Positions 24,086 through 34,485 of a stretch of 39,568 nt of DNA are shown one piece after another. The notes beneath the pieces were generated by a model, which was given only the letters and a program-made list of their open reading frames with translations, did no database searches and was not told the origin of the DNA. Made by a program: the position numbers and the translations under genes. Source of the DNA: Nitrospirota bacterium (lineage in GTDB: Bacteria; Nitrospirota; Thermodesulfovibrionia; Thermodesulfovibrionales; Dissulfurispiraceae); contig JBFMCP010000029.1 of NCBI GenBank assembly GCA_040754455.1, positions 1 to 39,568 of the forward strand. The letters are read 5' to 3'. Position 1 is the first letter of the stretch, and each line of letters opens with the position of its first letter.

Positions 24086-25230
24086 CGCTGCAGAAGCTCT
24101 TTATATACAGCAAGGGTCTCGTTTACCACCCTCTCTTCAGAAAACTCGGCCTCTACCATTCTTCTCCCCATTGCTCCCATGCGTTTGCGCATAGCAGCAT
24201 TGACAATCATATTTTGCAGTGCCTCAGCCAGTGCCTTAGCGTCTTTAATAGGAACGAGCAACCCATTCTCTCCATGCTTGACAACCTCCCGGCAACCGGT
24301 AGTATCGGTAGTTACAATCGGGCGTCCACAGGCAGCTGCTTCCAATAGCGCTTTCGGCAGTCCCTCTCTGTATGAAGGGAGCACCGCGATATGCGCTTGT
24401 GCCCAGACTGCAGGTATGTCATTCTGATGTCCTATCCATGAAACAGCTCCGGATTTCGTCCATTCTAAGAGTTGACTCTCGGGAATAGATGCAGGATTTT
24501 CAGGATCAGGAGAGCCAACTAATATACATTTGGCTTCAACACCTTTTCCCTTTATCATCTGAGCAGCTTCGACAAATTCTTTGATCCCCTTATCCCAGAG
24601 CATTCGTGAGACTAGTGCCACGACAATCGTACCTTCCGGTTCAGGAGTAGGAGCGAAACGTGATGTATCTACACCGGATCCTTTAATAAGCATAACTTTC
24701 TCATGTGGAATCCCTACCGCACCAATCATCATCAGGCGATCATCAGGGTTTTGAATTATTACTCTACTGTTGGGCCGGCCGAGGAGAAAGCGAAATCCCA
24801 ATTTAACAACTGGTTTTAAAAATTTTGCCTTACGATCGTGAGAGGTAAATATATATCCCATTCCTGCTAACGCATTAACTACAGCCCCTATGCCGCCAAA
24901 CAGTGCAGCAATCGAACCGTAGAGCACCGGCTTCATTGCAACGTGGTGTACAATATCGGGGCGTTCAGATCGGTATATTTTGGTTATTTCCAGAATCGAG
25001 AGGATTTCTCTCAGCGGATTTTTGCTGCTCCGTTGCAAGCTTATAGGAACCAGCTTAAATCCCTCTTTTTCGATCTGTTCACCATGACCCTGAACACGTG
25101 TGGCAACTACAACCGAATAGCCGCTATCACGGGCTGCACGGGCTATTGGCAAGCGGTGGGAGCAGAAGTACCAATCCTCAGTGACAAGAAAGAGAATTTT
25201 AGGCTTTCGATTTGTGGCTCTCTTGTGCAT
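24082..25230 (-). CDS. Glycosyltransferase family 4 (CapM/PglA-like)
   Basis: LVTEDWYF.SHR, GSGVD, RMLWDKGI.EF, PSYREGLPKALLEA. Confidence 0.92.
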   Translation of the reverse strand: MHKRATNRKPKILFLVTEDWYFCSHRLPIARAARDSGYSVVVATRVQGHGEQIEKEGFKLVPISLQRSSKNPLREILSILEITKIYRSERPDIVHHVAMKPVLYGSIAALFGGIGAVVNALAGMGYIFTSHDRKAKFLKPVVKLGFRFLLGRPNSRVIIQNPDDRLMMIGAVGIPHEKVMLIKGSGVDTSRFAPTPEPEGTIVVALVSRMLWDKGIKEFVEAAQMIKGKGVEAKCILVGSPDPENPASIPESQLLEWTKSGAVSWIGHQNDIPAVWAQAHIAVLPSYREGLPKALLEAAACGRPIVTTDTTGCREVVKHGENGLLVPIKDAKALAEALQNMIVNAAMRKRMGAMGRRMVEAEFSEERVVNETLAVYKELLQR

Positions 25231-27160
25231 CCAGCCATGCCTGAAACATCAGTACATCCCAGAGGTAATACTGCCAGTTTCGCTTTCCTGACAGATGCTC
25301 TGTCCATTTCTCGCGAATCGGAACAGGATTAAAAAAATCTTCCTGTCTTAGACGATTCTCATTAAGCAGGTCTTCCGCCCAATCGCGCAATGGCCCGCGC
25401 AGCCAAGCATCAATAGGTACACCGAATCCCATTTTCGGACGTTCAATCAGTTCTGCGGGGACATATTTATATAGGACCTGCCTCAATATCCATTTACCCT
25501 GACCGTTGCGGACTTTGAGTGATAATGGCAACTTCCATGCAAACTCGACCACATTATGATCAAGGAACGGAACGCGGGTTTCCAGACTCACACCCATGGC
25601 AGCACGGTCCACCTTGACAAGAATGTCATCAGGAAGATAAGTCATGGTATCCAGATACATCATTCGCAGTGTAAAATCATCCAGATTTGCCCATTGTGAC
25701 TTATCTGTAATAACTGTTGGAGGTTCATGGGAATCCAGAACAACTGACGAAGGGGACTTCCAATGTGAAACAAGCTCTTTATAAAGTGCTTCTGGTGATT
25801 CCTTATCGATAATCTCCGCAAGCTTATGTAGTTTGTCTCCAGCCCTTCCTGCCTTCAGTTCGCCAGGCATAACTGATGAGAACGCTTTAGCACCCCGATC
25901 AAGCCTTTGTGGCGGCACTGACGTAATCATCTTGGCAGCAAGACCCAGCAATGGTCGAGGAATGTTCCTAACTTTATTCCAAATTTGACGTCCCTGAAAA
26001 TAACGGTTATAGCCACCAAACAGTTCATCTCCAGCGTCTCCTGAGAGGCAGACTGTTACATGCCGGCGAGCCATCTGAGAGATAAGGAATGTCGGGATCT
26101 GAGAAGAATCAGAAAATGGTTCATCATAGATAGTAGGAAGTTTTGGAATAACATCCATAGCTTCTTTGGGTGATATATATAGCTCCGTATGTTCGGTTCC
26201 AAGATGCCCTGCCACCGCCTTAGCATATTCTGCCTCATTGTATCCACTTTCATTGAAACCAATTGTGAACGTCTTTACCGGACGATTCGACTGCGCCTGC
26301 ATCAACGCTACAATGGTCGAAGAATCAACCCCACCAGACAAGAAGGCCCCCAAAGGGACATCGGCAACCATTTGCTTTGAAATGGCATCCCGAAGTAAAG
26401 TGTCCAGATGCTCTATAGCCTCAGCTTCACTGCCGACGAAAGGGTGGGCAACCCCGAATTCAGCAACTTCTTTTGCAGACCAGTATGGTTCAGGGATGAT
26501 GTTTTTATCACCCAATCTGATATTAGCTATCGTGCCAGGCAGGAGTTTGTAAATCCCCTTATAAATAGAATAGGGCGCTGGAATATAATTATGCCTCATC
26601 AAGAGAGAAAGCGCATTTCGGTCGATTTCACCTTGCCATAGAGGATGGGCACGCAATGCCTTTAATTCCGATGCAAATAAGAATATATCCCCAATCCACC
26701 CATAATAAAGAGGCTTCTCACCAAGTCGGTCCCGCACAAGGGAAAGGGTTCTCTCTTTGCGATCCCACAACGCAATTGCGAACATCCCTGTAAAACGCCT
26801 AACAGCTTCTTCCAATCCCCATTCTTCAATAGCGGCAAGTATAACCTCTGTATCAGAATGGCCAGCCCATTGACGGGCCGATAGCCCTTCTAATTCCTTG
26901 CGAATGTGAGTATGGTTGTAAATCTCACCATTAAAAACTATGACATAGCGTCCAGATTTTGATTTCATCGGCTGATGACCGGCAGGAGAAAGATCGAGGA
27001 TTGATAGTCGCCTGTGACCCAGTGCAACACCTGCATCCTTATCAATCCAATACCCCCCATCGTCTGGACCGCGATGGACAATGGAAGCAGTCATCCGTTG
27101 CAAACACTCATCCCAATTGAAATTGTCTTTATGTGTCAGAAAACCGGCAATGCCACACAT
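25199..27160 (-). CDS. asnB: Asparagine synthase-like glutamine amidotransferase (WbpS-like)
   Basis: MCGIAG, HRGPD, GHRRLSI.DLS, FLSGGVDSS, LSGDAGDELFGGY, KVDRA.M. Confidence 0.93.
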   Translation of the reverse strand: MCGIAGFLTHKDNFNWDECLQRMTASIVHRGPDDGGYWIDKDAGVALGHRRLSILDLSPAGHQPMKSKSGRYVIVFNGEIYNHTHIRKELEGLSARQWAGHSDTEVILAAIEEWGLEEAVRRFTGMFAIALWDRKERTLSLVRDRLGEKPLYYGWIGDIFLFASELKALRAHPLWQGEIDRNALSLLMRHNYIPAPYSIYKGIYKLLPGTIANIRLGDKNIIPEPYWSAKEVAEFGVAHPFVGSEAEAIEHLDTLLRDAISKQMVADVPLGAFLSGGVDSSTIVALMQAQSNRPVKTFTIGFNESGYNEAEYAKAVAGHLGTEHTELYISPKEAMDVIPKLPTIYDEPFSDSSQIPTFLISQMARRHVTVCLSGDAGDELFGGYNRYFQGRQIWNKVRNIPRPLLGLAAKMITSVPPQRLDRGAKAFSSVMPGELKAGRAGDKLHKLAEIIDKESPEALYKELVSHWKSPSSVVLDSHEPPTVITDKSQWANLDDFTLRMMYLDTMTYLPDDILVKVDRAAMGVSLETRVPFLDHNVVEFAWKLPLSLKVRNGQGKWILRQVLYKYVPAELIERPKMGFGVPIDAWLRGPLRDWAEDLLNENRLRQEDFFNPVPIREKWTEHLSGKRNWQYYLWDVLMFQAWLDAQESHKSKA

Positions 27161-28317
27161 TAATTAGTCCTGTTCGTTGAGGACATTACTTCTATATAAA
27201 GCTCTTCGTATTTCTTAACAACTTTCTCGAGTGAAAAATTATCTATAATGCGCTGGCGGGCCTTCAGTCCAAGTTTTTTACGACTATCTTCACCCATTTC
27301 TATTAACTCACTCCATGCAGTCGCTAATACTACCGGATCCCTTGGCGGCACTACCTTGCCAATATCACCGACGATGAATGCTGAATCACCTACATTAGTA
27401 ACTACACATGGCACACCACAGGACATGGCCTCGCCGATAACATTCGCAAAGCCTTCGGCATGAGAAGAAGAAGAAGAAGCTATATCAAGAGCGGCCATTA
27501 AACGGGGAATATCTCTTCTCTCTCCGAGTAAACGCACATTCTCCGAAATGTTCAAATCATTTATTATTTGTCGCAAATGTTCATTCGCAAAATCAACCTG
27601 CCTCCCTGCCAAGACAAAATAAGCCTGCGGATGGCGCTTAATCAGCAAGGATGCGGCTTGAAAGAAATTAGAATGGTCTTTCATTGGATGATAGCGACCA
27701 ATTAAACCTACCAGGATTGCGTCTTTCGAAATTTTAAGTTCCGACCTAACAGAGTTCCTTGCTTCAACTGATGGAGAGAAATCGTTTGTATTAAATCCAT
27801 TTGGTATTATTAAACGATTATCGACACAATATCCAAGTGCCTCATGTTGCTCTGCGCTGGTTTTTGCATTATAGATAATTTTCTTAGGGAATCGGGACAG
27901 GTAACTTCCAGCCTTAATCACAAATGCCGTACCCTTCTTTTCATATTTCAGGGAATAAAGGGACTGACGGACGTTCCATATCACAGGAACGCCCCGCGCT
28001 GTAAATATACCAGCAATTTGCGCCGCCAAATTCCCGTGGTACATCCAGCCCTGTAAGATGTCCGGCTTAAGTCCATAAACATAACGGAACAAGCGACGCA
28101 TGCCATTAAACGTCGGCAGTCCAGGTTTCATCCCTATGGTAAGAACTTGTATACCTAATGACTCAATCTGTCCACCCAAGGTCCCTTTGTCAGAAAGTGA
28201 AATAACTACCGGATTAAATCTTTCCTTATCCATGTGGCTTAGCAGCTTATAAAGCATCATCTCAGCGCCGCCGGTGGAAAGGCCGGTGATTATAAAAGCT
28301 ATCGTTATTGACTGCAT
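27160..28317 (-). CDS. Glycosyltransferase family 4
   Basis: ITGLSTGGAE.ML, WMYH.NL, EGFANVIGEAM.CG.P; start moved to ATG 28317 (MQSITIAF). Confidence 0.92.
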   Translation of the reverse strand: MQSITIAFIITGLSTGGAEMMLYKLLSHMDKERFNPVVISLSDKGTLGGQIESLGIQVLTIGMKPGLPTFNGMRRLFRYVYGLKPDILQGWMYHGNLAAQIAGIFTARGVPVIWNVRQSLYSLKYEKKGTAFVIKAGSYLSRFPKKIIYNAKTSAEQHEALGYCVDNRLIIPNGFNTNDFSPSVEARNSVRSELKISKDAILVGLIGRYHPMKDHSNFFQAASLLIKRHPQAYFVLAGRQVDFANEHLRQIINDLNISENVRLLGERRDIPRLMAALDIASSSSSHAEGFANVIGEAMSCGVPCVVTNVGDSAFIVGDIGKVVPPRDPVVLATAWSELIEMGEDSRKKLGLKARQRIIDNFSLEKVVKKYEELYIEVMSSTNRTN

Positions 28318-30230
28318 GAATACCAAGACTTCTGCCATTGTAAAAACATCAAGACCGTCCAAATTTGAGGTAAACGATTAATGCCGTCCAGATGCTCTGC
28401 CCAGACTCTTCGAATTGGCTCGGGATTCAATATTTCTACTTTCTTTATGGATGATGGACTCAATAGCTCTTCTGCCCAAGGACGAAGTTCTTCCCTAATC
28501 CAACGCCCCATAGGCATACCAAAGCCCATTTTAGGTCTTTCAATAAGGTTCTTTGGTACATATCTGTATAGCACTTCCCTCAGGAGTAATTTTCCTCGGT
28601 CTCCATGAGATGCCATCTTATATTTTGTAGGGACTCGCCAACTCCATTCAACAAGACGGTGATCAAGAAGCGGAACCCTTACTTCAAGAGAAACTCCCAT
28701 CGAGGCACGATCAACCTTTGTTAGAAAATCATCAACGAGTTGATTTTCCTGATCTACAGCCATCATCTGTTCCGCCCAACTAATCCCCTCAAATTTATGT
28801 AAGTCTGGTCCGAAGAACTCTTGCAGTTTAGAGCGTAGTAATAAATCGGTAGGATTTTTCCATGCTGAAATTATTTCTTCGTATATTCGATCTGGAGGAG
28901 TTACAAGATAATGACAAAATTGTTTCACACGTGTGGAAAGCCCTTCGCTTCCCGCAAATTTTCTGCCGCCAAGATTTACGACGATTCTGTCCCAGAAAGC
29001 GTCTGACATTCTTTCTATTAAGTGTCCTAACAAACGGCTTCCCCAAGGAGTTAGTTGTCGCTTAAGTCTTTGAATACGAGATGCCCAGAAATATCGTGGA
29101 TAGCCTCCAAAAAGCTCATCACCGCCGTCACCGGAAAGAGCAACGGTTACCCCATTTCTTGCAAAGCAACTAACCAAATAAGTTGGCACATTGCTGCTAT
29201 CAGCGAAGGGTTCATCATAGAAAGAAGATATTTTAGGTATTAAGTCAATGATATTGTTGGGCGTTAATATTAATTCATGATGTTCTGTCCCGAGATGAGA
29301 TGCAATCGCACGAGCATAAGGTGATTCGTCATGAGACTGTTCACTAAAACCTATAGTATAGGTCTTTATTGGCCGTTCACTTTGAGCCTGCATTAGTGCA
29401 ACCACAAGTGATGAGTCCACCCCACCAGAGAGAAAAGCCCCAAGGGGAACGTCTGCCAACATCCTTAAGCGAACAGATTCCTTCAATCTTAATTCAAGTT
29501 CATTGGCGGCCTCTCGAAAACTACTTTCAATGGGCGAATGAAGGCCGGCTCTCACAACCTCTTTATGATCCCAATAGCAACTGATGGTAATTTCCTTCCC
29601 ATCCCAGCAAAGAATGGAAGCAGGTGGCAATTTTTTGGCCCCCTTAATGATTGTGGCTGGTGCCGGCACACATAGATAACGGAAATATGCGTGCAAAGCG
29701 TTTTCATCTATATTCTGATCAAGCCAGGGTAATTGCTTTAACGCTTGCAGTTCAGAAGCAAAGGCAAACTCCCCAGAATGATTTGCATAGTACAACGGTT
29801 TTATGCCAAGCCTGTCACGTACAAGCCATATACGATGCTCCTGTCGATCATATACCCCAAATGCAAACATGCCGACGAATCTTTTTACTGCTGCTGCCAC
29901 ACCCCATTCTTCAATGGCGGCAACAATAACCTCAGTATCAGAATGGCCACGAAACTTTAATCCCAAGAGTTCCAGTTCTCTACTGATATCTAAATAATTG
30001 AAAACTTCGCCATTGTACGTGATTACAAAACGACCACTCGGAGAAAGCATCGGCTGATGACCTTCAGAAGTAAGGTCAATAATGGCAAGACGGCGATGTC
30101 CCAGCCAAACTCTCCGTCCAGGATCAGCCCACTCACCAGCACTGTCAGGGCCGCGGTGTCTCATTATATCCCGCATTTTGATTCCCAGTTCTTGATTGGG
30201 TCTCCCCAGCCATCCAATAATGCCGCACAT
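28305..30230 (-). CDS. asnB: Second asparagine synthase-like glutamine amidotransferase
   Basis: MCGIIG, HRGPD, DRLGIKPLYY, LSGGVDSS, LSGDGGDELFGGY. Confidence 0.93.
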   Translation of the reverse strand: MCGIIGWLGRPNQELGIKMRDIMRHRGPDSAGEWADPGRRVWLGHRRLAIIDLTSEGHQPMLSPSGRFVITYNGEVFNYLDISRELELLGLKFRGHSDTEVIVAAIEEWGVAAAVKRFVGMFAFGVYDRQEHRIWLVRDRLGIKPLYYANHSGEFAFASELQALKQLPWLDQNIDENALHAYFRYLCVPAPATIIKGAKKLPPASILCWDGKEITISCYWDHKEVVRAGLHSPIESSFREAANELELRLKESVRLRMLADVPLGAFLSGGVDSSLVVALMQAQSERPIKTYTIGFSEQSHDESPYARAIASHLGTEHHELILTPNNIIDLIPKISSFYDEPFADSSNVPTYLVSCFARNGVTVALSGDGGDELFGGYPRYFWASRIQRLKRQLTPWGSRLLGHLIERMSDAFWDRIVVNLGGRKFAGSEGLSTRVKQFCHYLVTPPDRIYEEIISAWKNPTDLLLRSKLQEFFGPDLHKFEGISWAEQMMAVDQENQLVDDFLTKVDRASMGVSLEVRVPLLDHRLVEWSWRVPTKYKMASHGDRGKLLLREVLYRYVPKNLIERPKMGFGMPMGRWIREELRPWAEELLSPSSIKKVEILNPEPIRRVWAEHLDGINRLPQIWTVLMFLQWQKSWYSCSQ

Positions 30231-30233
30231 TAT

Positions 30234-30998
30234 TTACTCTTTATTTCGTTCAATGATTTCCTGCCAGGAAGGGTGACGATATGCAAGAACGATGTAATGC
30301 GTTGCCATTAATTGACCATACAATCTAGTTCCCAAAACTGCCAAAGCCAGTCGCTCTACCAATTGTTTTATCTTATTATTGTAAGGTGAAAATGGTGCGG
30401 ACGCATATTGATATTCCCTAATAATCAATAACCCGCAGGATTCCAGTAAATAGCGGAATTTGTCCTTTGTCCAAAAATGAATATGACCTAATGGATTGTC
30501 CTTCCGTTCTTTTTGACGAATTAAAGCAACAGTATTCTGAACAAGACAATCCTCAAGTGGAATTTCGATTAAGACCCATTCTGAAAGTGGCAATATCCGA
30601 GCAATGGTCTCGCGGGGTTCAGGAACATGCTCCAAGACATGAGATGAGACTACCACATCAAACTTCCCCAGATCGTCAATTGGTTTATTTGGATCGAAGA
30701 CACGGAACTCAAGCCCATTCCTGGCAAACTGCTTTCGAGCATTCTCAATCGCGGTAGAACTTATATCAATTCCGAGACAATCGCGACCAAACCTATTAGA
30801 GTACATCCAATAAGTTAAAACCCCATTCCCACACCCATAGTCAAGCAGACGACTTGGAGGCCGCAACTCTCCCCACACTTTTTGGATAGCTGGGAAACGA
30901 TCTCTTACAGCAGAATCAAAAGCATATCTAAGCGTGTAATTGGAATCGGCCCAAAACTGCTCATAAAATGTCTTATCCTTAGATATTTTATCATCCAT
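30234..30998 (-). CDS. Class I SAM-dependent methyltransferase
   Basis: LLDYGCGNG; FDVVVSSHVLEHV; GHIHFW. Confidence 0.9.
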   Translation of the reverse strand: MDDKISKDKTFYEQFWADSNYTLRYAFDSAVRDRFPAIQKVWGELRPPSRLLDYGCGNGVLTYWMYSNRFGRDCLGIDISSTAIENARKQFARNGLEFRVFDPNKPIDDLGKFDVVVSSHVLEHVPEPRETIARILPLSEWVLIEIPLEDCLVQNTVALIRQKERKDNPLGHIHFWTKDKFRYLLESCGLLIIREYQYASAPFSPYNNKIKQLVERLALAVLGTRLYGQLMATHYIVLAYRHPSWQEIIERNKE

Positions 30999-31941
30999 AA
31001 CGCCTAATCACTCCGAGTTGTTTCGCAAGATTTACAAACCACGAGCAAAAGCTTCCGCCGAAAATAAGAATCATTAAAACAGCGATTGACTCCAGCGGAC
31101 AACTCCAATGTATCGCCTTTGCCCAGACACGCCAAGCTCCCTTTTCATGAGCAAGCTTTAGGTATACTGAATAGCGCAGCAGCTTTGTACGGTAAATTTT
31201 GGGTGCCCTCGTCTGATAGTAATAACCAAACCTATCGAATAATACCTTATAGCATAAAGCTGTCTCTCGTGCCTTTAACGGCGATGCCCAAGCACTGGTT
31301 ACCGATCCGGTCTGTCGATTATTGTAGATACGTAATATTCTGGGTGTTACCCAAAAGGGTGCATCTTGAGACATTGTCAAATATGAGACTACGCCACATG
31401 ACTTACGCATATTAAGATCGACATATCCACGGTTCCGGATATAACACCCGCGAAACATAGGAAGATATTCACCAGAATGTCGTTCATTCAATATATCGTC
31501 AAATGTTAGTCGCCCCATGTATTCCGGCTCGCCTACAGTTATTTTGCCATCAGGATTTCGACATGCGCTATAACAGACATTGCAATCTTCAGGCCATTCA
31601 TTCACAACTTGTTCAAAAATATCAGGCCAATCTGGAACAAACTGATCATCTGCATCTAAAATAACAACAATATCCCCTTTGCTAGATTGAATACCCGTAT
31701 TCCGAGCTGCATTCATACCACGATTGCGTTTATGTGATAACAGCTTTACTTCGGGGAAATATTTTATTACCTCTTTTAAGTCATTGCTATCAGAACTACC
31801 ATCGTCAACGACAATAACCTCCAATCCCCATTTATTCGATAAATGAATCTTTGGCATGTATATGGATCGGAGCGTTTCGCCTATGGTTTTTGAGGCATTA
31901 TAGGCAGGGATTATTATGGTAAGAGATTTACCTTTTGTCAT
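30991..31941 (-). CDS. Glycosyltransferase family 2
   Basis: IIIPAYN, VVDDGSSD, ARNTGI, LDADD. Confidence 0.93.
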   Translation of the reverse strand: MTKGKSLTIIIPAYNASKTIGETLRSIYMPKIHLSNKWGLEVIVVDDGSSDSNDLKEVIKYFPEVKLLSHKRNRGMNAARNTGIQSSKGDIVVILDADDQFVPDWPDIFEQVVNEWPEDCNVCYSACRNPDGKITVGEPEYMGRLTFDDILNERHSGEYLPMFRGCYIRNRGYVDLNMRKSCGVVSYLTMSQDAPFWVTPRILRIYNNRQTGSVTSAWASPLKARETALCYKVLFDRFGYYYQTRAPKIYRTKLLRYSVYLKLAHEKGAWRVWAKAIHWSCPLESIAVLMILIFGGSFCSWFVNLAKQLGVIRRYG

Positions 31942-33032
31942 TGCTTGACAGAGAAGCGGCGGTTTATAATGTCAAGGCTCGCCTTTTGCGCCGACAATCT
32001 GAATTTATGATCTTGCGCAAATCTAAGCATAGCTACTGCGAGATTTTCTTCAAACAAGGATGTGTCAGTCTTAGCCACATATGGTTTTATAGTTGCCAAT
32101 TTATAATAGTATTCTGATGCAATATAGCCATCCCAGATAGACAATGGTGGCCTCAACAATATCCCATTCAATGAATCTTCAACCATCTCTCGTAATGCAT
32201 AAACGTCTGTAGCGATGATAGCTAAGCCGTGAGCAAGAGCTTCCAGCACCACCATTCCAAATGATTCAACATAAGTGGGATGGACTAAAACATCGGCATT
32301 TCTCATAAATTTTTCAAAAATTTCATCACGTGAAAAATTAGCATCATAAATTGTAATGCCCGGACAACTTACGGCACGTTCATGATATTCTGGAGGCAGG
32401 TGGGTAATCATATCCAGATGAACTGATGGTTCTGTATCATACACTTTCTTGAATGCACGCAATAAAGCAGCACCACCCTTAATCTCAAACTGTGTCCCGA
32501 TAAATAGGAAACGGCAACCGTTTTCCCCCGTATCTTTTACTTCATGAATATACTGCTGCATATAAGGGTAATGTACCGATGACTTAGTATAAATTTCATC
32601 ACCAAAAAGAATGCGCAAGGTTTCCCTGCACGCTTGACTCATACAACGTATTTCTACACAACGGCGGCTTTTAAGAATCCGCCTCAATATCCCCTTGTAA
32701 ATTGACATTGCGCGCAAATTGTAACCTGTCAATGAATATGGGTTGTCAAGATCTACAATAAACGGTCCAGTTGACATAACAGCTCCCCATACATAGACGA
32801 CCGCATCTTTAGGCAAGCCCTTTGGACGTTTTTTAACATTAATCAGCGGCAGCTTCTGCTTCCATGAAATTGGCAAAGTTTTGTTTAGAGACCTTTCGCG
32901 AGTAACTTGCCCTCCCCGCCTTATTTCAGCAAGTTCCGGGTTTAAAACCTGATCCTTCGGCCAACGACGAATGGTATCAAGTTGGCGGTCACGAAGGTAG
33001 CTGTGCGGATAGAAATATATTTTATTTCCCAT
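31938..33032 (-). CDS. Glycosyltransferase family 4
   Basis: FIG...IKG; ESFGMVVLEALAHG (EX7E motif). Confidence 0.88.
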   Translation of the reverse strand: MGNKIYFYPHSYLRDRQLDTIRRWPKDQVLNPELAEIRRGGQVTRERSLNKTLPISWKQKLPLINVKKRPKGLPKDAVVYVWGAVMSTGPFIVDLDNPYSLTGYNLRAMSIYKGILRRILKSRRCVEIRCMSQACRETLRILFGDEIYTKSSVHYPYMQQYIHEVKDTGENGCRFLFIGTQFEIKGGAALLRAFKKVYDTEPSVHLDMITHLPPEYHERAVSCPGITIYDANFSRDEIFEKFMRNADVLVHPTYVESFGMVVLEALAHGLAIIATDVYALREMVEDSLNGILLRPPLSIWDGYIASEYYYKLATIKPYVAKTDTSLFEENLAVAMLRFAQDHKFRLSAQKASLDIINRRFSVKQ

Positions 33033-34485
33033 TTAATTTCTCTGTTGTTATCTGACCAAGTGAAACTAATTCTTTTAATTGTCCAGTACTTTCTGAAGAA
33101 AATGTATATCTACTAAAGCTAAAAACCCTTTTAATAATTGCTTTTATCACTTCCCATGTTTCCCTAAAACCCAGAACAAAGCCTGTCATGACCGCAAACA
33201 TTAATAGTGATTGAATAAATCCCGTTCCTCCGCGAACAATATTAAAAATATTTATAAAAACAAATAAGGCTATAGCTTTAGCCGATGCATTTGAAGTTCC
33301 ATCCCAAATAATAGTTGACATCAGCGCCAGAACGCGGCCAAGTAACACACATAAGAAAAACCCAAATAAAACTCCAAACCCGAAAGAAAAATCAACGATA
33401 AAACTTGGAGGTAAAGTTGTTGTTGCCGCACCGCTGGCATACATTTCAGGATAAAGCAGATACTGCTGAGCCACATTTCCATAGATCTCCGGTTTATTCA
33501 GCCACAATGTTCTTGGGATGAGCGCTAATACAGCATTATAAAGCCAAGACACACCGCCATCCACTCCTGTAAATAGCTGTAACCATCCAGCCTTTTCCAT
33601 AAATACCGCCAGATGATCCGCTCCCTCGAAGGAAGATGAAAATATTGTTAAAAAAAGCCGGTGATTTTTGAGAGTTGAAAAAGCCTCAATAATACTCACA
33701 TCCCCATTTATCAAACCCGTCACGTTTATGTAACGAATAACCTGCATGACTGGGGATAATAAGAAGGTGGCAACAATGGCTAAAGCAGGAAGAAGCCATC
33801 GCCGTCTTCCTCGGACAGTATATATGACCACAGCCGCAAGCATTAAAGTTGCCATTATGCGTCTCGAATTGATTGCCACGCTCATCAGCACTGATAAAAA
33901 AAATACTCCTATATAGAGAAACGTTTCAACACCAGACAACACAGTTTTTCGTCTTATATACATCACTCTACCGAGATAAGCAATAGAAGATAAAATGAAT
34001 AATTCTGATAAAAGAAAGAAACCACCTTTACCAACGCGCATTTCATTTTGTTCATTTCCGATAAATGCCCTGAACTCACCCCCTTGAAGTACGGTACTAT
34101 ATAAAAAATAAATAGCCATAACTATTGTAATACTAACAATAATTTGTCCGCGAAATGCACTTGCCGCATTATCATTATTTACAGGTAAACTGATTTTGGA
34201 ATTTCCCTTTTCATGCATCGAGAGATAACCTAAATAAGTGAAAAACCAGAAAATAAATGATAGAACAACACTATAGGCAACTTCATCCCAACTCCAAAGT
34301 CTTTCAACTTGTAAATCTATGAGATCAAAGCTTATTAGAACGGCTCTAATTGGAAAGGATACATACCATACTATAGTAAAAAACCAGAAATGAGAAAGAA
34401 TAGATTTGGGCAAACCTATCTTTTGGCATGAGAATAAAAAACAGGCTAAAGGGATTACAGTACACATTAAAATAACTGGAATCAT
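33022..34485 (-). CDS. wzy: Polysaccharide repeat-unit polymerase (Wzy-like)
   Basis: Many TM helices, IPRTLW..KP periplasmic-loop motif, DF.FG near the C-terminus, AT-rich, located inside the cluster. Confidence 0.75.
   Translation of the reverse strand: MIPVILMCTVIPLACFLFSCQKIGLPKSILSHFWFFTIVWYVSFPIRAVLISFDLIDLQVERLWSWDEVAYSVVLSFIFWFFTYLGYLSMHEKGNSKISLPVNNDNAASAFRGQIIVSITIVMAIYFLYSTVLQGGEFRAFIGNEQNEMRVGKGGFFLLSELFILSSIAYLGRVMYIRRKTVLSGVETFLYIGVFFLSVLMSVAINSRRIMATLMLAAVVIYTVRGRRRWLLPALAIVATFLLSPVMQVIRYINVTGLINGDVSIIEAFSTLKNHRLFLTIFSSSFEGADHLAVFMEKAGWLQLFTGVDGGVSWLYNAVLALIPRTLWLNKPEIYGNVAQQYLLYPEMYASGAATTTLPPSFIVDFSFGFGVLFGFFLCVLLGRVLALMSTIIWDGTSNASAKAIALFVFINIFNIVRGGTGFIQSLLMFAVMTGFVLGFRETWEVIKAIIKRVFSFSRYTFSSESTGQLKELVSLGQITTEKLNGK

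Noticed and set aside
25199..30230. AsnB genes as asparagine biosynthesis or lasso-peptide cyclases
   Set aside because: They are embedded among glycosyltransferases with intact glutaminase domains, and no precursor peptide or B protein is present.
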